Made by a program: the position numbers and the translations under genes. The notes beneath the pieces were generated by a model, which saw only the letters and a list, made by a program, of their open reading frames with translations, made no database searches and was not told where the DNA came from. Below are positions 1 through 12,359 of a DNA stretch of 64,000 nucleotides, one piece after another; position 1 is the stretch's first letter, and the number at the start of each line of letters is the position of its first letter. Source of the DNA: Takakia lepidozioides (taxonomy: Eukaryota > Plantae > Bryophyta). The stretch spans positions 20,026,001 to 20,090,000 of the forward strand of contig CM060734.1 of the NCBI GenBank assembly GCA_030704615.1, read 5' to 3'.

Positions 1-452
1 ACAGCCCCTTAGCTGCCCATCACTCCTTTGCATCTTACATATACCCACATTTGACATACATGTCCGCCAGGGCAGCTTTCATAATGACATCTGATACAAT
101 CGCTACAGCTTTGACGATGCCACCGTGGACCTCTTCTCCAATCTCCAGGGCTGCCAAGCTTGTACATGTGCTCAGAGGTCTCCAAAGCCTCCCTCCGCTG
201 CCCTTGTAGCGCTTATAGCATGCCACTATCATGCTCTATGACACCACATTCCGTTCAGCCATATTGCCCGACACCCCCTTTAATGCATCCTTCATGCACC
301 CGCATTTGGCATACATGTCCACCACGGCACTGGTCAGATTGACATCTGATACAATCCCAGCTTTGATGATGCCACCATATACCTCTTCCTCATTTTCCAG
401 GGCTGCCAGGATCGCACACGCATTGCAAACACAAACGAATGTGACTGGCCTG
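1..452 (-). pseudogene. PLS-class PPR protein fragment (degenerate)
   Basis: Translations VTFVCVCNACAILAALENEEEVYGGIIKAG...SAVVDMYAKCGCMKDA...NVVS and ALADMYVKCG, with frameshifts. Confidence 0.85.
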
Positions 453-912
453 GGGAAGAATACCAAATCATGGTACTAACAGGAGGCAAGAGCCCGCATT
501 TCCAGGATGGACAAACTTCTTCACATCGTACCTTAAGAAAACACCACACCTTGCGACTGCAGTTGTCCCACCATCGTGAAGGATCTTTAAAAAACTTTTG
601 CCAGCTCTGCTCCGTGCTGCAAATTCAGGGGCGCCGAGTGTGATGAGAGGGAAAAACAGGCTGAAATAGGTCGAAGAAGAAGGTGCCCTCACCACATTGT
701 TCTTGACCTTGTGTTGTGACCCATGGAGGATTTGACCTCCCATCAATCCCAAAAGGATCTCTTATGTGCGCTGTTGATGGCTGTGATCAGGTAATGTCGG
801 ATTGGTCTTTGAGAACCACCACGGTGCAACTGAGCAAGCAGAGATTGAAACACGGCCTGCTAAGACCAAGCTGACCCTCCCAAGAACCTTGTAAACATCA
901 GGAAGAATACCA
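453..912 (-). pseudogene. One exon-intron unit encoding an OSB-type PDF motif (organellar ssDNA-binding protein repeat), degenerate
   Basis: Minus strand gives KTNPTLPDHSHQQRT*E.LWIDGRSNPPWV, a GT..AG intron, then EQSWQKFFKDPSRWWDNCSRK|gt; bounded by the direct repeat ggaagaatacca at 453 and 901; homologous to 63500-64000. Confidence 0.7.
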
Positions 913-937
913 TGCCCTGCGGTCGACCACCCACCCA

Positions 938-1125
938 CGAACGCGGGAGAGGAGGGGAGAGAGAGGAAAGGAGAGGAGGGAAAGGAGAAAGCCCGCGGGA
1001 CGGAAGGCGAACGCGGGAGAGGAGGGGAGAGGAGAGGAAAGGAGAGGAAGGAAAGGAGAAAGCCCGCGGGAGGGAAGGCGAACGCGGGAGAGGAGGGGAG
1101 AGGAGAGGAGGGAAAAGAGAGAGCA
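938..1125. repeat. Purine-rich tandem repeat, ~70-bp unit, ~2.5 copies
   Basis: gaacgcgggagaggaggggag...ggagaaagcccgcggga recurs at ~939, ~1010 and ~1080. Confidence 0.85.
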
Positions 1126-1611
1126 AAAAAAAATGATATCGCGATTTGATCCCGCCGTGCATCGCGGCCTAAACGATGTCCTTACCACTAGACTACCCTT
1201 TAAAATTCAACAACCCCCTCCTGCAACAGTATATTTAACGTGTTTTAAACCCCCCTATTTATGTATAATGTTGTACATGGGGGGTTTAAACACTACAACA
1301 CACCCTATGTAATTTCGACGATTTTGTTTAACGTTGGCGTTGACTGTTGTCACTTTCGACTGTTCCAACCATTTTTCAGTCAAAATTTATATTAAAATAT
1401 TTGAGGTGCTAGACAACCGCGAAAATTTTGACTGTAGTGAGAAACTTTGACTACCTAAAATGAGCTGACTGAGACAACCAGTTAAGTAATGGCAAGTGTA
1501 ATCACAATATATAAATTATATAGCAATATATATGTGGATAATAAGAAGTAAAACAACTTAACTACGTTTTAACTGTCCCAGCTCATTAATAGTAAACTAA
1601 TCGTGTGCTGG

Positions 1612-2045
1612 TTAAGGTTAGTGAAACAAAACAACTAAATTATCTGAACGAATGATAAAAAAAAACGCCTTGCTGGCAGCTATTGGATGACCGTAGGAAA
1701 GGTTAGTGAAACAAGACAACTAAATTATCTGAACGAATGATAAAAAAAAACGCCTTGCTGGCAGCTATTGGATGACCGTATGAAAGATTAGTGAAACAAG
1801 ACAACTGAATTATGTGAACGAATGATAAACAAACGCCTTGCTGGCAGCTATTGGATGAACGTATGAAAGGTTAGTGAAACAAAACAACTGAACTATCTGA
1901 ACGAATGATAAACAAACGTCTTGCTGGCAGCTATTGGATGAACGTATGAAATATAATTTTTGTGCACTGGATGAACGTATGAATGAACGATAAATCAAAC
2001 GCCTTGCTGGCAACTATTGGATGAACATAGGAACGAATGATAATG
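1612..2045. repeat. Tandem repeat, ~80-85-bp unit, ~4.5 copies, next to the CACTA left end
   Basis: ggttagtgaaacaa.acaact.aa.tat.tgaacgaatgataaa...cgccttgctggcagctattggatga repeated. Confidence 0.9.
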
Positions 2046-2109
2046 AAAACGCTGAGCTCTGCCTAGGCCCCTTCTACCCAAGAAACCTATTACAGCACCA
2101 ATAATTATG

Positions 2110-2540
2110 CATAATGTCAAACACGCCCTTTGTAACCTTCATGCTGCCGCATTTTGCATACAGGTCCATGAGAGCAGTGTTCAGAATGACATTAGGTACA
2201 AATCCAGCTTTGCACACAAACATGATGTGGTTGCACTTCACCCCTTCCCCAATCATTTGCTCATATGTTTCCAAGGCTTCTGTCCCGCGCCCATGTTGAG
2301 CATATCCTGCAAGCATGGCGTTCCACAACTCCAAATCTCGTTGAGCCATATTGTTTAACACTCCCACATTTGGCATACATGTCCACGAGGGTATTGTTCA
2401 TAATCACATCTGGTACAATTCCATCTTTGGTGATGCAACCATGCACCTCTTTGCCCTTTTCCAGGGCTGCCAGGCTTCGACACGAACTGCAAACGCACAC
2501 AAACATGATGTGCTCGGGCTTCACCCCTGCCCCCATCAAT
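2110..2540 (-). pseudogene. PLS-class PPR fragment
   Basis: GVKPEHIMFVCVCSSCRSLAALEKGKEVHG...NTLVDMYAKCGS; WNAMLAGYAQHGRGTEAL; frameshifts and deletions. Confidence 0.85.
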
Positions 2541-2755
2541 TGCTCTCTCTCAGCTGCCTAGTAGAATATGCATATGAAAAACTTTTAAAGATACCATGTA
2601 CTAACCAGCACTTTCTTGCTTCCACTATCTTGAATATTCCACCCCTGCCCCCATCAATTGCTCTCTCTCAGCTGCTTAGAATATGCATATGAAAAACTTT
2701 TAAAGATACCATGTACTAACCAGCACTTTCTTGCTTCCACTGTCTTGAATATTCC
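2522..2755. repeat. Tandem duplication of ~117 bp
   Basis: cacccctgcccccatcaattgctctctctcagctg...tcttgaatattcc occurs twice in succession. Confidence 0.9.
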
Positions 2756-2955
2756 ATTCATTTAGATCCGGCTAAAGTGCCTCGTAAGCAGCTGGAAAGT
2801 AACTTCAAGCTCCCTTTCTCAAGCAGCACTTTCAACATTTTGACTAGATCCGCTTGCATGCATACAGTGCTTGGTAATTCCATGACCAATCCTAATGGGA
2901 TGTAGAGATTCCGAAGCCCCCCTCCCCTGACTTATGGAAACAAGCTATCTTCAAC

Positions 2956-4360
2956 TCACAAAAGATCTGCAACATTTGAAGGCAGCTCCTTGATAACAAT
3001 GTTGTAGAACCTTGGAGGTCTTGGAGCATGCGCTCATCACCCTTTGTGACAAAATTAATGGCCACACCCTTGTGCCCAAAACGCCCACTGCGGCCAATAC
3101 GGTGGAGATACTTCTCCGGCTGGGTGGGCAAGTCATAGTTAATGACCAGGGACACCTGCTGGACATCAATACCGCGTGTCAGCAGATCAGTTGTAATTAG
3201 GACTCGGTCCAGGATCTGAATCGGAACTCCATGATGATGTCCCGGGTAATCTGGTCCAGATCTCCATGTGCGGCTGAGACAGTGTGGTCACGGGATGCAC
3301 TCATCATTAACACAAAAACAGACAGTGAGCACTTCATAAACAATTATACGAAGGATCTAAATCTGTGTGTAACTCATCTGCAACTAAAACATTGGTGAAG
3401 AAGCAGTGTTCTCTTGGAAGCCTCTAGAAACGACCATCGACATGTAAAGATCAACATATCGCGCATCAAGTATCAGTAAGCCAGTCAACTTTCCGATGGG
3501 TGTTGATGAAGATAACACTCTGGGTAATTGCCAGCGTCCCATACAAATCACACAAAGTGTCAAGCTTCCATTTCTCACGGTCCACATTGACATAGAACTG
3601 CTTGATACCCTCATGGGTGAGCTCATCCCTTTTCACCAGGATTTTCATTGCCTTGTTCATGAATTTTCTGGTGATCTCCAGGGTTGCTGGTGGCATTGTA
3701 GCCGAGAACACACCCACTTGCAGCTTTTGTGGAAGAAGCTGGAAGCTCATGTCATAAATTTGTAGAGAAAACAAAGAGGCACATCGACATTACTTGCTAC
3801 TGAGCCGCACTGAATATGAGATACTCTGAAGAACGGGCGAGGCTAAGCAATGAAAACATACTAATATTAGATTCAGTTGAAAGAAAGGCTCTTACTGTTT
3901 GAGGTCACAAAAACACCTCAAAGAGAGGGGAAAAGAAGACGAACTAACCTGATCGTTGAATCCATGAGAGAGCATCTCATCAGCTTCATGCAGCACAAAG
4001 CACTTGATCACATCAGCCCGAAGGGCATTCCGACGCAACATATCATGCACACGGCCTGGGGTTCCCACCACAACATGAATTGATCCTCACGAACACTGGT
4101 CCCTCCAACACAGGCATGCACCTTCACTTGGAGGTAATCACCAAGTGCCCGCATCACCTTCTCAGTCACGTGGGCAAGCTCACGAGTGGGAGCCAATACA
4201 AATGCTTGGCACCCCAATAGTTGGTAGTCCAATTGCTGAAGAATACCAGAACAGAAAGTAGTTGTCTTTCCCGTCACAGACTAAGCTTGCTGAATGACAT
4301 CGAGGCCCTTGGTAAAGGGCAAAATACCACGTTGCTGGATGGCTGAAGCTTTATCAAAAC
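2956..4360 (-). pseudogene. eIF4A: eIF4A (DEAD-box translation initiation factor) pseudogene, exon 2 to end, introns retained
   Basis: [27 protein letters not shown] (DEAD changed to HEAD), [19 protein letters not shown]; GT-AG intron ~3760-3948; stops and frameshifts. Confidence 0.92.
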
Positions 4361-4698
4361 TGATGAATCTGAGGAACCTGAGTAGGATGAGCTGCAAGGA
4401 GAAATTGACATCAATCAGTATGGAGGCAACAGTGAGAATGTCACAGAAAGGATGCAAAGGGAACTGTTGCAACTTGCAGCAAAAGAAGGTTATAAAGAAG
4501 ACTTGTTTATGCTAGTTCTTGCAGCTGAGAGGGAGGAACGCGAGCCAGACATTTGGAGTGATATACAAGCATGCATGCAATCACAGAAAGGGCAAGGTTA
4601 AGTGATAAGCTGCCCCGCTACTTATCTGTCTCGCATCCTCGCTAGCAGGTCACGGCGGTCTCTCTCTCATGCTTTCAGCTAACAGTTATTGAAATAGT

Positions 4699-4866
4699 AT
4701 GGCAGGATCTGCACCCGAAGGTTCTCGGTTTCACGCTCGCCAGTATGACGCCAAGATCATCTTCAGCGGAGAGGGCGATGATTTCATTTCTACATTGGAG
4801 GAGGTCCATGAAACCTTTGATGCTATGGGCTTCCATGAGAATTTCCTGAGGAGCATTTATGAAATA
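4699..4866 (+). pseudogene. eIF4A: eIF4A first coding exon, inverted relative to the rest of the gene
   Basis: ATG at 4699: MAGSAPEGSRFHARQYDAKIIFSGEGDDFISTLEEVHETFDAMGFHENFLRSIY, matching the plant eIF4A N-terminus. Confidence 0.85.
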
Positions 4867-4929
4867 TAAAAAAACTTGAGATGGTTGGGCACATCCTTTT
4901 CCAAACAGTACCTTCGTGGCGTATGCCCC

Positions 4930-5344
4930 CCTCAAGTACCCCACACCGCTGTCATAGATATCCTGCAACCATGTACACGGGGGGCTAGCCCTCTTCTTGC
5001 GCTTATTTCTGCCCAGCTCCACCTCATTTGTCCACTGCGTCCATACATGTCACGGAAGGTCTCCAAAAAGCCTCCATCCCGTGCCCCTGCTGTGCATACC
5101 CTGCAAGCATCGCGTTCCATGACACTACATCTTGTTCAGCCATAATGCTCAAAACTCCCTTTGCATCCTTAATGCACCCACATTTGGCATACATGTCCAC
5201 CAGGGCAGTGCTCAGAACGACATCCAGATCTGGCACAATTCCAGCTTTGACGATGTCACCATGGACCTCTTTCCCCTTTTCCAGGGCTCCCAGACTTGCA
5301 GGAGCATTGCAAACACAAACAAACGTGATGTGGTTGGGCTTCAT
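4930..5344 (-). pseudogene. PLS-class PPR fragment
   Basis: KPNHITFVCVCNA...LSTALVDMYAKCGCIKDA...DVVSWNAMLAGYAQQGHG. Confidence 0.85.
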
Positions 5345-5521
5345 ATTGTCGCATCCCCACCTCCTCAGCAGTTGCCCTCTTTTACAACATCAAGCCATGT
5401 CAGGTTCTCCTAAATCTACCTGCACATCAACACCTCCTTTGATTGCCCTTGACGTGGGTGGGGATTGAACCCACAGTATCTGCCCAACGCAGCCACGCCC
5501 CCTCCCCCTCCCCCTCCCCCC

Positions 5522-5652
5522 TCCCAATGCACCCAATGCACCCAATGCCCCCAATGCACCCAAACGCACCCAATGCACCCAATGCCCCCTTTGCAGCCAA
5601 TGCACCCAATGCCTCCTATGCAACCAATGCCCCCTATGCAGCCAATGCACCC
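5522..5652. repeat. 9-bp minisatellite (CAATGCACC-like)
   Basis: ccaatgcac/ccaatgccc repeated about 12 times. Confidence 0.85.
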
Positions 5653-8600
5653 TCACTCCCTCTGCACCACTTCATCTGCTTCATGTACCATGACAGTCCG
5701 CCGAGCTCGTGGGTCTTTTTGCAAGACAACTTTGAGGCCGATGGTTATCGTCATCATAGAAAAAAACCCGATCCACTTGCGAGGGGTAAATGAATGGTTG
5801 CTCAGTCTCTGGCAGAGTTTGTGAAACATCCACCCGCAAGAATCCATCAGAATCCACGACCATGGATGCATGGCGACCTGTCATGCATGCCTTCACCCAC
5901 TTACACTTGAACAGAACAGGGTGTAAGGTTCCGTAATTAAATTCCAAGATCTCATCAATGACTCCCACATACTTGATAGATGCCAAGGTGGGATTCAAAT
6001 CAGTTGTAGCATTGCCTTCTTGCTCAGAAACTGAACTTACTCCATAATCAAATGTTACATGCGAACGTCCATCCCTGAATGTTTTCCTGTAACGGTTCCC
6101 ATATGCCTTCATCCCCTTGTATGACTAGATAGTCACCAACGGTCGCAAACATAGCCGCCTCACATCTTCTTCCACATCCACCCCATCCCTCACCTGATTG
6201 TCAACTGTTATCTAGAACCACTCCTCAAAAGGTGGAATCTGCTGTCTTTCAAAAAGGGCGATTTCTTTCTCTACCTGCATAGCCTCGCCTGTATGGAGCA
6301 ACTACATCAGTGTTCTGCAACACATAGGTGTGGGCTAGATCCCTCAACAAAGGTGAAATATCCTTTTTCTGCCCACTACCTTGTAACACCTCCCCACTTA
6401 CCCCGGGGTCCTCCTCTTGGTCCCACACACGACGTCTATTGTGGCGGTATTGCGCAAGGTATTCAGTACAGAACCCAAGTGCTTCATCTATGATGTAACC
6501 CCTCGCCATGCCCTGGCTTTGTTGCGCACATACCCCTTGAGGTCACCTAGGTATCGTTCCATGGGATAGCACCACCTTGTCCCCACAGGCCCACATATGT
6601 CTAGCTCGTCCACTAAATGAATCGGTAGGTGGGTCATCACATCAAAGAAGGAAGGGGGGAATTCCTTCTCTAACATGCACAGGGTTAGTACCGCATCTTC
6701 CCTCAGCTTGTTGATGCGGGAAGGGTCCCAGACCTTTGCACAAATCTCTCCAAACACGCGGCTAAGAGACATGACTGCTTTCCTCACACCAGCTTTTAGT
6801 AGATTGCGACTGACCACTGGAAAAATTTGTTGCATCATGACATGGTACTCATGGGACTTCATGGACCCTAACTTGTTTCTAGTTACGTGCTTTTTGAAGG
6901 CCCCCGCATAGCCTGTTGGTACTTTCAATGTCCCCAATTCCCGTAGAAAGGTAGACATCTCATCTGAACTGAAAACATAGGGGGCATTAGGCAATACCTC
7001 CCTGGTTTGCCCAGGCTGTCTTCCAGGCTCTTGAACAGGCCATAGGTGTTGTCGGATCCGCATTGCCTCCATGTCTTTCCGCACCCCTAAGGTGTCTTTC
7101 TCTCCAAAAATTGTCTTCATGACGTTTTCTATGAGGTTTTTCTCACAATGCATAACGTCAAGTGTATGACGAACAGGCAAGTCCTGCGTTGAGAAGAAGC
7201 ACAAAGATCAACCTACTGTGAGAACTCTAATATATGAAGACACAACACACAACACAAAAAATCCCATCCACCATAATGTAATCAGCTTGCATGACGTGGG
7301 AGGCAAGGCTGGTTCATTGCTCACCTTCCAGTATGGGAGGTCCCACAAACAAGATCTCCTCTTCACACCGTGGCGCTTGGCAGGGCAACGCTTATCGTCA
7401 TAGCTCCGACCTGTGATCTCCATATAATTCTGTGTCTCAAGGGCTCTCTCCAAGATTTCAGCTGGAGTTACAAGAGGAGGGGGGTCGCGCCTCTCTATAG
7501 TGCCATCAAAGGCAGTTGCAGCCCTTCTGTAGGGATGATGGCGCTTAGTGCACCGCCGGTGGCCAAGGTAAACGTGCTTTTTCAAGTGCCCAGAGTGCCT
7601 TGAGTCCAGATCAGGCCCACAAGGGGGGCAGGCTTTGTAGCCCTTCGTTGAACATCCTGAAATCAGCCCATATGCTGGAAAATCTTGGATTGTCCACATT
7701 AGTACTGCCCTCATCGGGAAATGCATGTTACCGAGCCCCGCCATAGTTGCATCCACACAAGGCACCCCTTCCCACAATTCCAACAACTCCTCAAGTAAAG
7801 GTTGCAGGTATACGTCAATGTTCTCATTCACATCGCTGTTAGGGCCAGGAATTATGAGTGATAGCATCATGAAGAATTTCTTGACTGTAAGCCAGGGGGT
7901 ATGTTATAGTTTAGAAGTACCACGGGCCATGTAGACCAAGTTGACCTCTTGTCAGAGAAGGGATTCAATCCATCCAATGTCAGGCCCAACCGAACATTCC
8001 GTGTCTCGCTTGCAAAGTCTGGAAATAGGTTGTCAATGGATTTCCATTGCTTACTGTCAACTGCATGGCGTACAAGTCCATCAGTGCTTGCATTCCTTGA
8101 ATGCCATGTAATCAGTTCAGCGATGGTTTTACAACTGTACATCCTCTTCAGTCTTGGTACTAAGGGGAAGTGACGCAATACCTTCACAGGGAGAGCCTTC
8201 CTACCCACATCCACAAACCGGGGCTCGTTGCACTTGGGGCAATGTGTCCTGTCACGGTATACACCACGGAAAAGGACACATCCCTTTGGACATGCATGAA
8301 TCACATTGTAACTAAGCCCGAGCTTTTGTATCATGGTTGAGGCTTTGTAATCTGTTGATGGCAATGTGTTGTCGGGGGGGGGGGGGGGAGAATTGACCTT
8401 TTCAGGATACATAGCAGCTCATTTGTGAATGCTGATGACACACGATGTGTCCGGCAGGCATTCAACAAAACCAAGGTGGCAGACAAACGATCTATGGTGC
8501 TCCCAGCATACAATGGTGTCTTTAGCGCATCCTGGAACTTAAGATAGTTAGGGTCAATGTTGGGGGCATCGTCCTCTTGCCATCCATCTGAATCCTCCTC

Positions 8601-9177
8601 TGAGGAAGAGTCACCTTGTCGACCATCATGAATTGGTACCCCATCCTGACTTCCTTCCCCTCCCCCCCCCCTCTATGGCTCCTTCAGGCGTTGGCCTACC
8701 TTCCAGTCTCATATTAGATCGAGCAAGTTCGGCAGCCTCGTCTCCGAGGCAGAATGCCTCACTCAACATCCTCATCCCATCCATTTGCATGTCATTATCC
8801 AGTTGTGGGGTGTTGCAATGCTGCCCAAAATAGGCAGCATTCCAGTCTTCATCTGAAGAGTCCCCTTCATCACTTGGGTGCTTTACCCTTAGTCTGGGGT
8901 CCCTACCTTCAATTGCAAGGTGTCTTTGGACCACCCACCTCAATCTCTTAACCCCCCCATGACAAACTCTACACGGACAACGAACCTTTATGCACAATCT
9001 ACTGGTTGTCTCTTTCTGGACAAACAGAATAACAAAAAGAGAAAGAGAAAAGAAAACAGAAAGAAAGAGTCCCAACGCATTGGCACGACGCTCCTCTCGT
9101 TGCCACAACTTTTCATCTCGCTTGCGTATCCTCCTAGGGTCAGAAATGCTTTCCCTCCTTGGTGCTTGTCCTGCCAT
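5653..9177 (-). pseudogene. CACTA TnpD transposase (transposase-associated CPCxxC, Transposase_21, DUF4218 and DUF4216 domains), frameshifted
   Basis: CPCRVC; HACPKGCVLF; RNVRLGLTLDGLNPF; WTIQDFPAYG; HTLDVMHCEKN; MTHLPIHLVDEL; WCYPMERY; YVGVIDEILEFNY...LFKCKW. Confidence 0.92.
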
Positions 9178-9859
9178 AATTTGGGCCTACCATGACATCA
9201 ACCACCACCATACATTACAATAAAGCCGAGGCCCAATTTATAGGTGAAATAATTAGGGTTGTGCAAAAGTTATGATGCATAAGGATTCCCAACTTCGTTC
9301 ATGGTTTAATTCGGCTTGGAACAATTTGGCAACAGAGAAATTCGGCCCTAATGATATTTTCTTTAAGGGACATGAAGCCTAGAAATACTTACACTGTTCC
9401 AAAGTCATTGGCACACCTCTCACCTATACGGCTAAGGAGTTCAGGGCGTTCACTAATTTTGCTTGCAAGCGCTTACAACAAGTCGTACAGTTTAAACTTC
9501 CAGACATGGTGGGCCCACATTGTATGCCACGCAGGATTCCCGAGAAGCCACTTAAAGTTCGGCCGTTAAAACACCTAAGGGGGGACGAGGATTCTGATAC
9601 TACTAGTTCTTCAGAGGACTCTTTTGACATGGCAGAGGACTATGCACTTCAGATGGCAGAGAAGAAACGACGGGGATCTCCTATGCTTGAGAGGTTACCT
9701 CGTTATCAGCCAAAGGAGGGTCAGACATTTCCAGGTAGTGCTCAATCGCCTCCATCAGCCAGTGACAGGACTCGGGCTCGTACACGGAGTCCTTCACGAG
9801 ACTCTCACCGACAGAAGGGTGCTCGCTCACAAAGGTTTGCTGATCCCAAATAGTAAACC

Positions 9860-10948
9860 GTGAGGATACGGCTTTTTGAGAGGGAGAGGGGTAATGTTAG
9901 AGGGCTGCTTGGGACTTAGACGCTTTTACGGGTTCTGTGGGGTAACCTTAATTATTGCGTAGACTTATGAATGGTAGACTGAGACCAAAAGGAGCCTTAG
10001 AGGTGGCAGGCGCAGGCTTTAAGGGGGGTAAACAGCTTGTCACAGTCCATCACAGCCCGACACAGCTTCGCACAGCCAGTCACAGCCCGACACAACTTTA
10101 CACAGCCCGTCACAATCTATCACAGCCAAACACAGTCTGACACAGCCGACACAGCTTCGCACAGCCAGTCACAGCCCGACACAGCTTTACATAGCCCGTC
10201 ACAGTCTATCACAGCCAGACACAGTCTGACACAACCCGACACAGCTTCGCACAACCAGTCACAGTCCGACACAGCTTTACACAGCCAGTCACAGCTCGGC
10301 ACAGCTTGACACAGCCTGTCACAGTGTACATGGGGAACAGTTATCATTGACAGAGAACGACTGTGTGGGAACAACATCTGCAGAGGGAACGTGTTACTTC
10401 AGGGGTGACGGTTAGTTAGTTAGGTGGTTAGAACAGCTTGCGAGTAGATTAGGCAGGGCGGCAACAGGAAGAGGATCACTTCTTGAGGAGGGCGACTTGT
10501 TCAAGAGAGGAGGAGACGTAACGGAGAGCGGAAACAGTGAAGAGGAGATGATGACTTAATTGAGGCTTAATTAATGCAAGCTGTAAAATTATACAGTATG
10601 GTAGATTAGGGACACCATGGCATATGATACATGATTAATCTTAATCCGATACTGAATCGATACAAACATACTGTGTAGAGAGACATGAGAGAAGCTGTGG
10701 AATGAATGCATGATTAATTGGAACTTAGTAGATACTGAAGCAATCTGATGCTTCAGTATACACGGTAAGGTAAATTGATAACATGAAGGCAAGAAGGAAT
10801 ACAAATACGAAGCACAACCATGATTCACTAGCTGTAGGTCATGACTGATTGTTCTGAGCGGGCTGAGTGCTTAGAGATATCCAACTCTTCTATCTTGGAG
10901 TTTCCACCTCGGATAGCGAAGGGATGGGTGAGTAAAAGCCGCTCAACA
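9860..10948 (+). mobile_element. Ty3/gypsy-type 3' end: polypurine tract plus LTR (9895-10948)
   Basis: tgaggatacggctttttgagagggagaggggtaa followed by TGTTAGAGGGC; ends GCCGCTCAACA (inverted termini, TG..CA). Confidence 0.6.
10035..10328. repeat. ~10-bp ACAG-based degenerate tandem repeat inside the LTR
   Basis: cacagcccgacacagcttcgcacagccagt repeated. Confidence 0.9.
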
Positions 10949-11012
10949 TTTGCTGCTCACAAAAATAAACAAACCACAAGGGAGAGAGGGTGTAGAAAAA
11001 AAGTTAAAAAGA

Positions 11013-11734
11013 TTGTACTCATAAGACGTTGTTTGTCATAGCCTTGTGGCCATTGACCCCGCGCCCAGTTTGAGCGGAAATAAAAGGGACAGAACCTGCC
11101 TCTGTCAGGGGCTGACGTTGGTAGTAAGACTTACCTTCATATATAGAATTAATCCGGGTTTTCCATATATCCTCTAGAAATCCCTTCACACAAGCATCAA
11201 TCTGTTGTATGTGATTTTCCCAATAACTAGGCCTCAGGAGGGCTTGGGCTTTTGGCTCAGCCTTGAGACTTTCAAAGTTGGTAAACAGACGTACAGGCAC
11301 AATTCCCTTGATAGATTTGAAGAGAGCGTCTCTTTGGTGAGAGAACCCCGGACAGTGTATCAGAAAATGAGTACTGTCTTCAGATTGCCCACACAACGGG
11401 CAATTGCACTCTCCCTTTCCTCTCTGCTTCTGTTTGTTGTTCAAAGGTAGGCTTCCTGCCCTGAGTTTAAATTTCAATCTAGTGCCAAGAGTGGGTAGAC
11501 CCTTCAGGTCATCCAGAGATGTCCTCCCTCATGTCAATGACTGGAAACAAGTTCAGGGAAGTTTTCTGCCTAACTTCATTTTCATCAGACAATCTCATGG
11601 CAACAGACATGGCTTTGGACACTACAGCCTCTAAGTCAGATTTATCAACCCATATTGCAGATCCGTACTCCAAGGCAGGTCTAATAATGCGACAAAGCAT
11701 GGTTTTCTTAACCTCAGAGTTGACCCCTCTACAG
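11013..11734 (-). mobile_element. 5'-truncated non-LTR retrotransposon (RT C-terminus plus CCHC zinc finger) with 15-bp TSD
   Basis: IIRPALEYGSAIW; FKLRAGSLPL...CPLCGQSEDSTHFLIHC; TSD aaaaagttaaaaaga at 10998-11012 and 11735-11749. Confidence 0.8.
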
Positions 11735-12359
11735 AAAAAGTTAAAAAGAGAGAGAAAGAGGGAACAACGACGCAATGGCGTGAGCGTACGCTCACGCAGG
11801 AGTGACGTGGCGTGAGCCTGCACCCTTGCTGACGTGGCGTGAGCGTCATGTCAGCATGCTGATGTGGCGGCAAATGATGACGTGGCACTGTCCATCATCT
11901 GCCACATCAGCATTAACATGCGCCGCCTATAACCGAGGATGGTCCTATGACCGTGGAATTAATGCAAGGAATCTTGCCTAAATAGAATCAAGACTACCAT
12001 GAGGCCTACAATTGTAGCATCCAACATTGTGCAATTACAAATGCTTGTTTCACTTTTACAATTACGAGGACGAGAAAATATCCTCACAAAGTGTGCGCCA
12101 TAGAGGCTGCCACGGGAAGACCTTCATCCCTCCTCAAATAACAATGAGAGTTAGGATCATCTTCAAAAGATGATTGTAGTGCATAGCGACAGCAAGACAT
12201 GTAGACTTCGAACGGTGCAATGACAAATGTGCTTTTAAAAGTTGTCACTCAGAGCTCATTCAGTATAGTTGGAGGCCATATCATTGCACTGCCGACGAAT
12301 TGATGTGAATTACACATTTCAAATCATGGGCGTCCACATACCACATTGCATAGTTGATG

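Noticed and set aside
860-1188. ORFs over the purine-rich repeat; likewise those at 5390-5824, 10037-10377 and 34495-35024
   Set aside because: Translations of low-complexity or subterminal repeats
1612-2045. CRISPR-like array
   Set aside because: Whole units repeat with no unique spacers
1-5344. A functional PPR-DYW RNA-editing factor
   Set aside because: Only short broken PPR fragments; no E or DYW domain seen
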